From contig JAIDCZ010000029.1 of NCBI GenBank assembly GCA_029055565.1, positions 9,973 through 73,972 of the forward strand: 64,000 nt of DNA, read 5' to 3'. Under the pieces are notes generated by a model that saw nothing but the letters and a program-made list of their open reading frames with translations, was not told the DNA's origin and did no database searches. The stretch comes from Clostridiales bacterium. Its GTDB lineage: Bacteria > Bacillota > Clostridia > Christensenellales > Pumilibacteraceae. Position 1 is the stretch's first letter, and every line of letters begins with the position of its first letter. Positions 40,139-50,123 of this stretch are shown here, in pieces. The translations under genes and the position numbers were made by a program.

Positions 40139-40882
40139 ATGGTAGATAACAAAATGAAAATAACCGTTATAAACGGTACGGAAAAGCACGGCGTTACGTA
40201 TAAGCTGAAAGAGCTGTTTTTGGATCGGTTCAAAGCGGTTGCCGAAATTACGGAGTTTTACTTGCCCAAGGACTGCCCCGAATTTTGCCTTGGCTGTACG
40301 GCGTGCTTTACCGACGGTGAAAGCGCGTGCAAGGATTATGCGTACGTAGAGCGCATAGAAAAATCGCTGTTGCAAGCCGATTTAATAGTTATGACTTCCC
40401 CCGCATACGTTATGCACGCCACCGGTGGAATGAAAGCGCTGTTGGACCACTTGGCATACCGCTGGATGCCGCACCGCCCCGCTCCGCAAATGTTCGGCAA
40501 GCGCGCGGTAATAATAACGCAGTGCTTGGGTGCGGGCGCAAAATCGGCGGCAAAGGATATACGCCACAGTCTGTCTTGGTGGGGCGTATCCAAAATCGGG
40601 CTGTTTTGCGGCGCGCTTATGAACGATATTGTTTGGGATAAAGTCGCCGACAAAAAGCGTAAAAAATTAACGAAAAAGATAAATAAGCTTGCCCGCAAAT
40701 TTGCAAAAATAAACTACGCCAAACCCGCGCACACCAAGCTTATTACCAAACTAAAATTTGCGCTTTGCCGCATGATACAAAAAAAGGTGAGCAAAATCGG
40801 CGTACAAAGCTTTGACGCAAAGTATTGGCAAAACCACGGCTGGCTGAATAAAAACCGTCCGTGGAAAAAGCCGAAAGTATAA
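40139..40882 (+). CDS. Iron-sulfur flavoprotein / NAD(P)H-dependent FMN oxidoreductase
   Basis: CLGCTAC..C motif, ADLIVMTSPAY flavodoxin-like motif. Confidence 0.8.
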   Translation: MVDNKMKITVINGTEKHGVTYKLKELFLDRFKAVAEITEFYLPKDCPEFCLGCTACFTDGESACKDYAYVERIEKSLLQADLIVMTSPAYVMHATGGMKALLDHLAYRWMPHRPAPQMFGKRAVIITQCLGAGAKSAAKDIRHSLSWWGVSKIGLFCGALMNDIVWDKVADKKRKKLTKKINKLARKFAKINYAKPAHTKLITKLKFALCRMIQKKVSKIGVQSFDAKYWQNHGWLNKNRPWKKPKV

Positions 40883-40916
40883 AACAAATCGAGTATTTGC
40901 ATACTCGATTTTTCTT

Positions 40917-42221
40917 TTACTTATTTTCGGTATCGGTCATTATTTGAATGATCGTCTTGTTTGTTTGCGCCATGCCCTCGCCCGCTATGCGCCCGATATT
41001 GCATACCGTGTCGTTTACGCTGTCGCCGGCTACGCCGTCGCCCGCATTAAAGTTTTTGCGGGACCGCGCCATCTCGAAGCCCATAATGCCCGCTTCCACG
41101 GCCATTGCTATTTTGGCGGCGCACGACGCCTTGGCGCCGTCGCATATCGTACCCGAAAGTATAACCACACTGTTTACCAGCGTTTGCGCTATCTCGTCGT
41201 AATCCCCGCCGTTGTGCAAATAGCTAATTCCGCAACCGCTTCCGCACCCCGCGCTTATGGCGCCGCAGTATGCGGACAAACAGCCTATCTCCGTCTTTTG
41301 GTACAGCGTAGTCAAGTTGGCTACAATCAACGCGCGGAGCAGAGTATCCTCGTCGACGCCCAATTCCTCGGCGTACACAATTACGGGAAGCGAGGTAGTC
41401 ATGCCTTGATTGCCGCTACCCGACACTATGCACACCGGCATTTCGCACCCGCTCATGCGCGCGTCCGAACCCGCCGCGGCATAAGCGCGCGCCTTGTTCC
41501 TAACACTGCAATTTCCGTTGTTGTACAGTAGCTTGCCTATGGACGCGCCATAGTCGCCATTCAGTCCCTCGGCGGCAATGGCAAGGTTGACGTCGATTTG
41601 GCGTTTTAGCAAAACGCGTAGCTCGTCCAAATCGACGGTCTTGGCAAACTCCAAAATATTCTTCATGTTAAGCACCTTGTGGTCGCAGTGCTTAACGGTG
41701 CAAGTGTGCGACTTTATGTACTCGGCAGTTATATCGGCGCCGTCTCTTTGTATAGCCACGACGTTGGTATGCTCGCCCACAATATGCACGCGGGCGGTGT
41801 GGCCGTCGTAGGTCGCCGAAAGGTCTATTTCAAATTCGTCCTCCGACTCTATGCCGTAAACCTTAACGTCTGCGGCGCGCATATATTCCTTTATTTCGGC
41901 ATGCTTACTCTCGCCAAGCGCGCTCAAAACGTTCAAGCCCAGCTGTGGGCTGTCCGCGATAACGCCCGCCGCAACGGCGGCGCTTACGCCGTGCAGTCCG
42001 CCGGTAGCGGGAACAAGCACGCTCTTTACGTTTTTTATAATACTGTCCGAAAGCCCGACCTTTATCGCGGCCGGCGGGCGCCCGAGCACGTGCCTTGCAA
42101 TCGACGCCGCATACGCGATGGAAATAGGCTCGGTACAGCCCATAGCAAGGAGTAGCTCCTCCCTAAGTATATCCGCGTAAGTCGAAAACCACGCCTTGTT
42201 TGCAGTATCGGTTTTGTCCAT
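40917..42221 (-). CDS. L-cysteine desulfidase family (CyuA/YhaM; serine dehydratase alpha-like)
   Basis: GCTEP, AAGSDARMSG, GSGNQG, LSAYCG, CDGAKASCAAK. Confidence 0.88.
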   Translation of the reverse strand: MDKTDTANKAWFSTYADILREELLLAMGCTEPISIAYAASIARHVLGRPPAAIKVGLSDSIIKNVKSVLVPATGGLHGVSAAVAAGVIADSPQLGLNVLSALGESKHAEIKEYMRAADVKVYGIESEDEFEIDLSATYDGHTARVHIVGEHTNVVAIQRDGADITAEYIKSHTCTVKHCDHKVLNMKNILEFAKTVDLDELRVLLKRQIDVNLAIAAEGLNGDYGASIGKLLYNNGNCSVRNKARAYAAAGSDARMSGCEMPVCIVSGSGNQGMTTSLPVIVYAEELGVDEDTLLRALIVANLTTLYQKTEIGCLSAYCGAISAGCGSGCGISYLHNGGDYDEIAQTLVNSVVILSGTICDGAKASCAAKIAMAVEAGIMGFEMARSRKNFNAGDGVAGDSVNDTVCNIGRIAGEGMAQTNKTIIQIMTDTENK

Positions 42222-42312
42222 AGTAACCTTTTCTCCACTTGTTTTGCAGTGGTACAATTACCTAAAAACGAACAGCCGATTGCTCGGCTGTCGTGTAACG
42301 TTGTTTAACTAC

Positions 42313-44037
42313 TTACGCTTTGAACTTGTTCAGTTCGGCCTTGACGGCGTTTATCACAGCGTCGGCGGCGCCGTCCAGCGCAAGAGTTTCTTTCATAGTC
42401 TTGTCGCGCGAAGTGAATTCCACGATTCCGCCCTTTATATTGCGCGGGCTTACTATCACGCGGTAAGGCACGCCCAATAGGTCTGCGTCGGAGAACATTA
42501 CGCCGGCGCTTACGTTGCGGTCGTCATAAATAACCTCTACACCGCTTGCTTGAAGCTTGGCGTACAATTCGTCGGCGTACACCTTTATTTCCGGATCGTC
42601 GGCGCGGACTGCGCACAGATGCACTTGCCACGGCGCGACCGAAAGCGGCCAAATAGGTCCGTAGTTATCGTGATGCGCTTCCGCAATAGCGGCGGCAAGC
42701 CGGCCGACGCCTATGCCGTAGCAGCCCATAATGGGATACTGCGAATTTCCGTCGTTGTCGAGGTAGGTCATGCCCATCGACTTAGTGTACTTGGTGCCGA
42801 GCTGGAAAATATTACCTACCTCAATACCGCGCGATACCTTTATACTGTGCTTGCCGCAGACCGGACAAATGCCGCCGTCTACAATCTTGGCAAAGTCGTG
42901 GTATTCCGCGCCTTTTACGTCGCGCTCCATGTCAAGTCCGGTATAATGGTACTCGTCCTCGTTTGCGCCGCACGAAATATTATTCAAGCCTTTCAGCGAT
43001 CTGTCGTACAGCACGGTTGCCTTTGCTTTAAGCCCCACAGGGCCTATGTAGCCGACATGGAATCCGCTCTCCTCGGTGATTACCGCGGGGTGGATATCGC
43101 AACCCAAGTAGTTGGTAAGCTTGGTTTCGTTCACTTCCAAATCGCCGCGGATAAACAGCACCACGTAGCTGTCGTCGGCGTTGCGCTGATACACAACCGC
43201 CTTGCACGATTCGGTCGTGTCACTTTTTAGGAATGTACATACGTCCTCTATGGTGTGGATATCGGGCGTGTGAACCTTGGTGAGCTTTTCGCTTTTCGCT
43301 TTTGCGGGCGCGTCCAGAACGCACTCCGCCGCTTCGACGTTAGCCCTATATCCGCAGTCGTTACATATAGCAATGGAATCCTCGCCGATAGCGGTAAGCA
43401 GCATAAACTCGTGCGAAATACTGCCGCCCATCATGCCGGAATCGGACTTGACCGAAATTACCTCGGGCAATCCTACGCGCGCGTAAATGCGCTCGTACGC
43501 CTTGTGCGCCTTGTCGTAGTATTCCTCCAAATCCTTTTGGCTCGTGTGGAAGGAGTACGCATCCTTCATAGTGAACTCGCGCACTCTTATAAGCCCCGCG
43601 CGCGGACGCGCCTCGTCGCGAAACTTGGTTTGAATTTGATATATCATAAACGGATACTTGGCGTAGGTCTGACCGTACTCGCGCACCAAATGCACCGCCG
43701 CTTCCTCGTGCGTCATGCCGAGCACAAGCGGGCTGTTGTTGCGGTCGTTAAAGCGCGCCATTTCCTTGCCTATGCTCTTGTATCTGCCCGACTCTTGCCA
43801 TATCGACGCGGGCATAACCACGGGGAACTGCACCTCTTGTCCGTCAATGGCGTCCATCTCCTCGCGCATAATCTGCTCTATTTTTTTTGTTACGCGCTTG
43901 AGCGGCATAAACGACGAAAATATTCCGTTGGCAACGTACTTTACGTAGCCGCCGCGCACCATAAACGCGTGACTGTCCACAACGCAATCGGCGGGTTTTT
44001 CCTTAAACCGTTCGCCCACAAGCTTATCAAGCTTCAT
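42313..44037 (-). CDS. proS: Proline--tRNA ligase (bacterial type with editing insertion)
   Basis: THEE, KFRDEARPRAGLIRVREF, IEVGNIFQLG, MGCYGIGVGR; AGGAG RBS. Confidence 0.97.
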   Translation of the reverse strand: MKLDKLVGERFKEKPADCVVDSHAFMVRGGYVKYVANGIFSSFMPLKRVTKKIEQIMREEMDAIDGQEVQFPVVMPASIWQESGRYKSIGKEMARFNDRNNSPLVLGMTHEEAAVHLVREYGQTYAKYPFMIYQIQTKFRDEARPRAGLIRVREFTMKDAYSFHTSQKDLEEYYDKAHKAYERIYARVGLPEVISVKSDSGMMGGSISHEFMLLTAIGEDSIAICNDCGYRANVEAAECVLDAPAKAKSEKLTKVHTPDIHTIEDVCTFLKSDTTESCKAVVYQRNADDSYVVLFIRGDLEVNETKLTNYLGCDIHPAVITEESGFHVGYIGPVGLKAKATVLYDRSLKGLNNISCGANEDEYHYTGLDMERDVKGAEYHDFAKIVDGGICPVCGKHSIKVSRGIEVGNIFQLGTKYTKSMGMTYLDNDGNSQYPIMGCYGIGVGRLAAAIAEAHHDNYGPIWPLSVAPWQVHLCAVRADDPEIKVYADELYAKLQASGVEVIYDDRNVSAGVMFSDADLLGVPYRVIVSPRNIKGGIVEFTSRDKTMKETLALDGAADAVINAVKAELNKFKA

Positions 44038-44174
44038 ATAACTCTCCTTGTACGGAAACCGATATAGTATTTGCATTATAATAGATATAGTTAAATTTGT
44101 CAATCGTTTGCGCTCGGCGGGCGCGGTATTTGCGGCGCCGAGCGAACGCTAACCGCGCAACAAAAAACGCTCGA

Positions 44175-44374
44175 TGCGGAGTATGCGATAGAAAATCGCA
44201 TGCTCCGCAGTTATATTTGCCGATAAATCGGCAAGTGATATACTAAGTGTTATATTTCGCCTTTGGCGAAGTGTTCGGCAAATATAATATCACTTTCTTT
44301 ATTAAAAGTATAGCCCACTATACTTCGCTTACGAAGTTAGTGGGCTATTGTTTTTCCACAAGAAAATTCTCTAT
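44175..44374. repeat. Multi-hairpin repeat, family C, copy 2
   Basis: Direct-orientation copy of 28652-28896. Confidence 0.9.
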
Positions 44375-44411
44375 CAAAGACGCGCTATGTCAATCGTTCT
44401 TTATACGTTTA

Positions 44412-47309
44412 CTATATCGTAGCCGTGCCGCCGCCCGGGGTGACCACCGCCAATCCGCCGGGACGCATCGGAATTATTGGCAACGGGTCTATTTCGGGAT
44501 TCTCTTCCTTTTCGGCTTGCTCCCACACCGAGTACAGCGTGGTGCCGACCTCGACCGACGATATATCCTTTGCTTCTATCAAGCTTTGGGTATCGCCCTC
44601 GGTCGTCGCCCAGCCGAGGAAGTTGTAGCCTACGCGCGTAGGCGCAGTGACGGCTATATGGGGATCGGCCGTCGATATAGTACCTTCGGCGATTGTAATC
44701 GACGCGACGTAGCTCTTGTCCGGTGCGAGCGTGCAACCCCATACCGTCGGGCGGTAGGACGAGTTCCACAACGGCGCCCACGTAACGTACTCGGGATAGG
44801 TTTCGCTGTAAAGCGTTGCGCCGCTCAAGCTAAACGCATGATTGCCTATCGACTCCACGCTACCGCCGATAGTTATGCCGGTAAGCGCGGCACAGCCGTG
44901 GAATGCAAAATCGCCTATTTCGGCAACGCTGTCCGGAATACTTACTGCGGTAAGCCGATTGCAGTCGGCAAATGCGTAGGCGCTGATAGCACGCACATGG
45001 TCGCCTATATTGACAGTTCTCAGTCCGGTACAGCCGTAAAAAGCACGCTCGCCTATATCCACAAGACTGCTGGGCAAGTCCAGCTCGGTAAGCGACAGAC
45101 AGCCGTAAAATGCGCGATCGCCTATGGTTTGCACGCCGATGCCGAAGTCTATGCTCTTAATGGAAAAGCAGTTGTAAAAAGCGGAAGCGCCGACGCTCGT
45201 AAGCGAGCTGGGCAAAGTCAGCTCGGTAAGTTTGGAGCAGTTGAGGAATGCTCGGTCGCCTATAGTAGTAACGTTGTGCCCGATAGAAAGACTCGTCACT
45301 GCAAAGCAAGAGAAAAACGCGTCGCCTTCTATAGTAGTAACGCTGTCGGGAATATCCAGCGCGGTTATAGCGTTGCAGTACGCAAACGCGCGACGGCCTA
45401 TTTCCTTTACGCCGTTGGCTATTTCCACGCTCTGCAAGCTGTAGCAGTTGAAGAAGGTGGAATTTTCTATGCGCTCTACGCCACTCGGAATATTTACCGA
45501 CCGCAAAGCCGTACAGCCGTAAAACGCAAACGTGCCGATATAGCTGACGGTATTGGGAATAACCACCGTCGTTATACCGTCACAGTTATAAAATGCTTGC
45601 GTAGCAATGGCTTTGACGTCGTTGTCTATTTGTATTACGCCACGCGCGTCGGCCTTGCAACCGACAATCCAGCTGCCAACCTTAACTACCTTTTCCGCGT
45701 CCGACCACGCCTTGGTTTCGTTGAATGCGTACGGTCCGATATACGTTAACGACGCCGGAATAGTTACCGCGTTTGCGTCTAGATACTTGCAACCGTCAAA
45801 CGCGTGCGCGCCGATTGTTTGCAAGCTATTTCCGGTACGGACGGTGCGCAAATTCTCGCAATTATAAAACGTGTAATCGCCTATGCTCTTAATCGAACCG
45901 CCCATCTGTATACTGCTCAACGCGGTGCAGTTGGCAAAGGCAAGCGAGTCGACAAATTCTACGGTGTCCGGCAGAGTGATACCGGTTATTCCGACGCAAT
46001 TAGCAAAAGCGGAAGCACCGATATACTTAACAGTATTGGGCAATCCAACGCTGTTCAATACGGCACAATTAGCAACGGCTCTATCCGCAACGCCTACTAT
46101 TTGATAAACGGTAAGCGGCAAAGTCTTAAGGTCTTTGGGAACTTTTACGCCTACAAGCCAGTTATCGATTACAACCGAATTGCCGGACTTTTCCCAATCC
46201 ACCGTGCCGTAAAATGCAAACTGACCTATATGTTGCACGTTGACGCCGATCTTTATGCCCGTCAGCTTAGCGCAGTAAGCAAACGCACTTGAGCCTATTT
46301 TAACGAGCGAATCGGGCATTTCAACGGCTTCAAGCTCCGAGCAAGACGCAAACGCACCGGCGCCTATTTCGCGCACGCCGTTGCCAAGCACGAGGTCGGT
46401 AAGCTTTTTGCATTCGTAAAAAGCGTACGTACCTATAGTGCCGTTTTCGCTCAACACATGCGCCGAAGTCAATTCGGCGGCGCCCGAAAACGCTTCCTCG
46501 CCGATAACCGTAACGCTTTGCGGCACGGTTACGTCGGCAAGCACTGAGCAACGGTAAAACGCGCGAGTGCCCAAGCTTTTCACGCCGTTTCCCAAATCGA
46601 CGGTCGTAAGTCCGCGGCAGTATGCAAACGCGTATTCGCCTATGCTCGTAACACTGTCCGGTATCGACACGTCGCTAAGTCCGTGACAGCTTTGGAACAC
46701 TTTATCGCCTATAACAACCACGCCGTCGGGAATAGTTACTTGCTCCATAGTGGTGCAGTTATAAAACGCGCCGGCTTTAAGCTGCTTTACGTTGTTGCCT
46801 ATAACGACGCTTTTTACTTTGACCGAGTTGGAAAACGCGTACTCGCCTATGCTCGTAATCGGCAAACCCTTGTACTCGTCGTCTATCACTATATCGCCGG
46901 TAGCCGATCCTACGCTAGTAATCTCGTACGACTTGCCGTCCTCGGCAAGCGTATACCTCAAGCCCGATTCGTATTCCTTTTCAAACTTCAAGGTTGCCCA
47001 AGCGGAATCCGAGTATTTGTCGCCGTCGCCGAGCGCCTTAACCTTGGCCGTGTAATTTCCGGCCGCAAAATCGGCTAATGAAACAGACGTCCTACGCGTG
47101 TCCATTCTCGTTCCGTTTACGTCCACCACGTAACCCTTGGCGTGCACGACGGCAGACCAGCTTAGCGTGTTGTTGTTGGTAAACGCCAAATCTCTCGGCC
47201 TATCAAGGTCGGGCGCACCGTTGCAAGCGACGAGTAGGAGTAATGCGGATACCGCCAAACACAAAACTATCAATATTCTATGCGATAAACGAATTTTTTT
47301 CATACTCAC
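44412..47309 (-). CDS. BspA-type LRR surface lipoprotein with FN3-like N-domain and InlB-B-like C-repeat
   Basis: Lipobox LVAC; LSWSAV..GYVV FN3; many IPDSVTSIGEYAF repeats; PTRVGYNFLGW..LYSVW. Confidence 0.9.
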   Translation of the reverse strand: MSMKKIRLSHRILIVLCLAVSALLLLVACNGAPDLDRPRDLAFTNNNTLSWSAVVHAKGYVVDVNGTRMDTRRTSVSLADFAAGNYTAKVKALGDGDKYSDSAWATLKFEKEYESGLRYTLAEDGKSYEITSVGSATGDIVIDDEYKGLPITSIGEYAFSNSVKVKSVVIGNNVKQLKAGAFYNCTTMEQVTIPDGVVVIGDKVFQSCHGLSDVSIPDSVTSIGEYAFAYCRGLTTVDLGNGVKSLGTRAFYRCSVLADVTVPQSVTVIGEEAFSGAAELTSAHVLSENGTIGTYAFYECKKLTDLVLGNGVREIGAGAFASCSELEAVEMPDSLVKIGSSAFAYCAKLTGIKIGVNVQHIGQFAFYGTVDWEKSGNSVVIDNWLVGVKVPKDLKTLPLTVYQIVGVADRAVANCAVLNSVGLPNTVKYIGASAFANCVGITGITLPDTVEFVDSLAFANCTALSSIQMGGSIKSIGDYTFYNCENLRTVRTGNSLQTIGAHAFDGCKYLDANAVTIPASLTYIGPYAFNETKAWSDAEKVVKVGSWIVGCKADARGVIQIDNDVKAIATQAFYNCDGITTVVIPNTVSYIGTFAFYGCTALRSVNIPSGVERIENSTFFNCYSLQSVEIANGVKEIGRRAFAYCNAITALDIPDSVTTIEGDAFFSCFAVTSLSIGHNVTTIGDRAFLNCSKLTELTLPSSLTSVGASAFYNCFSIKSIDFGIGVQTIGDRAFYGCLSLTELDLPSSLVDIGERAFYGCTGLRTVNIGDHVRAISAYAFADCNRLTAVSIPDSVAEIGDFAFHGCAALTGITIGGSVESIGNHAFSLSGATLYSETYPEYVTWAPLWNSSYRPTVWGCTLAPDKSYVASITIAEGTISTADPHIAVTAPTRVGYNFLGWATTEGDTQSLIEAKDISSVEVGTTLYSVWEQAEKEENPEIDPLPIIPMRPGGLAVVTPGGGTATI

Positions 47310-50113
47310 TCCGTATCACCATGCTCTTGCGCGGCGGCGCGTTTTTCACGTCTTTCGCGCACCAGCTCGTGAATCCACTTGAACTTAAATTTGCGTACGG
47401 CAATATCGAGCAAGAACAACACGATAGCTGTAATTATGAATATCCAGCGCGGGTCGAACTTGTTGTGAATTGCGTCCACGTCCTTATCGAACACCGTCCA
47501 CGGCTCACTAAGCGAAACTACCTTACCGCCGCCGTCCCTGGCTATTTGCTTCATAAAGTTTTCGCACTCCTTACCGTCGACAAAAACGTCGTACTCCTTG
47601 GAATACGAGAAAACTCTGTACTCGCTGTGCTTAGCCAGCAAATTACCGTCGACGTCCAGCTTGGACACTACAACCTCGTACACTCCGGCATCGGTGATCT
47701 CGAACTTAATATTGGAATAGCCTTGCTCGGGCGTGGGCGCTATTTTGGTAACAAGCGCTTGCTCTTGCTCGCCGGTCGGCACGGTGTACACTGCAAGCTC
47801 TATTCTGTCGCCGTCGTTCATTTCGGTAAATATGCTTGCGGTGGTCGAATAATTATCCCCCGCAAAATTAACCGTCATTCCTGAGTAACGAATATCCACG
47901 GTGGGCAAAAGCGTCCTTACCGTGTTTTTGATAATTTTAACGCCGGCCTCGGACGACATAAATTCACCCGACCAACCCTCGCCGGTAAGGTCGCACATAA
48001 AGCTGCCTACTCGGCCTTCGCCGTAACGCCAGTGCGCGAGAATAGGCACAAACTCGCCGGAAAGCGGAACGTACAGCTCGTCACTGTCCTTTATTTTTGT
48101 GCCGAAGTATCCGCCGAGCTTGGGAATATCCTCGTTTTTAACACCGTTTACTACGCCGGTATGGTCGCTGATGTACGGCTTGAACGGCTCGGAGCTGATT
48201 GACGTGATTTCGGGCAACTTAAGCTCTTGACTGATTTTATCGGCCAGCGTACTGTCCCACACTCTGTAATATCTGCCATGGCCCAATTCTGCCGCACGCG
48301 CCATGTCTTGATCGTGCTGGCTGTTTTGGTCTATGCCGATTGCGACCATGGAGAACGTGATTCCCTTTTCGTAATTGGCGGCTATCACGTCGCCGTATTC
48401 CTCAAACGTTTTGTCGCCCGGCTCGCCGTCCGAAATCAAAATTATATGACAACGCTCGATTATATGTCTGGCCTTGAACGACAAAAGGGCCTCGCCCGCG
48501 CGCTTGATGGCGCCGGCAAACTGCGTGCCGCCGTTACTCTTGGTATCACCGATAGCAAAAAGCAATCGCGCTTGATTGGTCGCGGGAATAAGCGACTGCT
48601 CTATTTGGAACTCGCTGTCAAGCGTCATTATGCCACAGTAATCGCGTTCGCTCAAAGCGTACACGGCAGCCTCGGCTCCGGCCTTTGCCTCGTCCAGTCT
48701 GGTGCCGCCGCCGAGCGCGGTGTCCATACTGCCCGACTTGTCTATTATTATCATAACTCCAAGCGGAGGAGTATAGTCGATTGACTGAACGGGCAGCATT
48801 TCCTGATACAGCGTAGGCACCCTAACGCCGCCGTCCGAAATGGTGTACATATCAGCACGGTCGTACATGTTGGCTACAGTATTGCCGTACTCGTCCTCGC
48901 GCGTTCCGCCTACGGTAAACAGACCGCCACCTATATCGTGAACGTAGGAATACAGAATATCCACAAATCCGTCGGGCATATCGCGGTTGGCAATATTCAT
49001 AAGCACGACCTCGTCGTACTCGCGCAAGGCGTCAAGCGTTTGCGGCATTTTTTCGCTGTCCGAAACGTTTACTACCTCTGCCGAATATTCCTCGCTTTCG
49101 CTCAATGACTCAATAAATTTTTCGGACGAGCCGCTATCCCTTTCTATAATAAGAATTCGATTGCTCGCCTTAATATAAACGTAAGCGTAATAGTCGTTGT
49201 TATACGAAATTTCGTCGTTGGCGCTTTGTATGTTGACCTTAAGCTTGTGTATGTTCGGCGTAGTAAGCGTAACCGAAAACTCAAACCGTTGCTCGGAAGC
49301 AACTATATCCACGTCCTTTGTTTCCAACAGCAGTTCGCCGTCGGCTGTGCAATCGTCGTACAACGAAAGCTTGGCATGACCTATACCGCCGTTGCGCGCG
49401 CGCACGGTTACCGTAACCTTAAACGGATCGTCAAGCGACACGAAGTCCTCGGGCAACTCTATATCCGAAACGAGCACTTCGCTTCTGCCTACATAAGTAT
49501 TGGGGAAGTAAACGGAATTGACTTGAATGCCGTTGGCAGACATCATTTTTATAGCCGTCAAGGCGTCGCCGTCCGTCTGTTCGCCGTCCGAAATAAGCAC
49601 TACCTTGCCGCCGTTTTGGTTGGTAAACAAACTGCGCGCGTAATCGAGCGCGCCGGCAAGATTGGTAGCGGAATCGTTAGGGGTTTGGGCGCTGAGGTAA
49701 TTGCGATACACCTCGTCGGTGTCCGTACTCATTTTTGCGGCGTACACTTGGTCGTAGCCGAAAGTGACCACACCTACCTTGTACTTTTTGCCGCTTTCCT
49801 CTATAACGGAACGCACGAAGTCGTCCTTGTCATATTGCGAAGTACCGTATTGCTCACCGCTGTAAGATCTGTCTACAAGAATAAGCACCTCGTTGCTTAC
49901 GTCCGCCTTGTCGTAGGTGAAGTAAACGCCCGACAGCGTAAAAATACACAACGTCACTATTACGAGGTGCAAAACGAGCGATATTATTCTGTTGCGGTTG
50001 CGCCGATACTTTTTGGCCACTCGAAAATGCGGAAACAGCGCAAGGAAAAATGCGGGCACCAACAGAACAAGCCACCAAGGGGAATTTAGAAATGCGATTT
50101 GAAAATTCGTCAT
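47306..50113 (-). CDS. Membrane protein with two vWA domains, Ig-like and GATase-like regions
   Basis: N-terminal TM pair; MIDAS DRSYS and DKSGS; two ISDGE; YDEVVLMN..GGGLFTVGG; C-terminal TM; start at MTNFQ. Confidence 0.88.
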   Translation of the reverse strand: MTNFQIAFLNSPWWLVLLVPAFFLALFPHFRVAKKYRRNRNRIISLVLHLVIVTLCIFTLSGVYFTYDKADVSNEVLILVDRSYSGEQYGTSQYDKDDFVRSVIEESGKKYKVGVVTFGYDQVYAAKMSTDTDEVYRNYLSAQTPNDSATNLAGALDYARSLFTNQNGGKVVLISDGEQTDGDALTAIKMMSANGIQVNSVYFPNTYVGRSEVLVSDIELPEDFVSLDDPFKVTVTVRARNGGIGHAKLSLYDDCTADGELLLETKDVDIVASEQRFEFSVTLTTPNIHKLKVNIQSANDEISYNNDYYAYVYIKASNRILIIERDSGSSEKFIESLSESEEYSAEVVNVSDSEKMPQTLDALREYDEVVLMNIANRDMPDGFVDILYSYVHDIGGGLFTVGGTREDEYGNTVANMYDRADMYTISDGGVRVPTLYQEMLPVQSIDYTPPLGVMIIIDKSGSMDTALGGGTRLDEAKAGAEAAVYALSERDYCGIMTLDSEFQIEQSLIPATNQARLLFAIGDTKSNGGTQFAGAIKRAGEALLSFKARHIIERCHIILISDGEPGDKTFEEYGDVIAANYEKGITFSMVAIGIDQNSQHDQDMARAAELGHGRYYRVWDSTLADKISQELKLPEITSISSEPFKPYISDHTGVVNGVKNEDIPKLGGYFGTKIKDSDELYVPLSGEFVPILAHWRYGEGRVGSFMCDLTGEGWSGEFMSSEAGVKIIKNTVRTLLPTVDIRYSGMTVNFAGDNYSTTASIFTEMNDGDRIELAVYTVPTGEQEQALVTKIAPTPEQGYSNIKFEITDAGVYEVVVSKLDVDGNLLAKHSEYRVFSYSKEYDVFVDGKECENFMKQIARDGGGKVVSLSEPWTVFDKDVDAIHNKFDPRWIFIITAIVLFLLDIAVRKFKFKWIHELVRERREKRAAAQEHGDTE

Positions 50114-50123
50114 AGTTCCCCTC

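Noticed and set aside
44038-44170. T-box leader upstream of proS
   Set aside because: A TTGACA/TATAAT promoter lies only ~40 nt from the start and no T-box motif was seen.
28896-44175. 15-kb composite transposon bounded by family C repeats
   Set aside because: Contains housekeeping proS, has host-like GC and no transposase.
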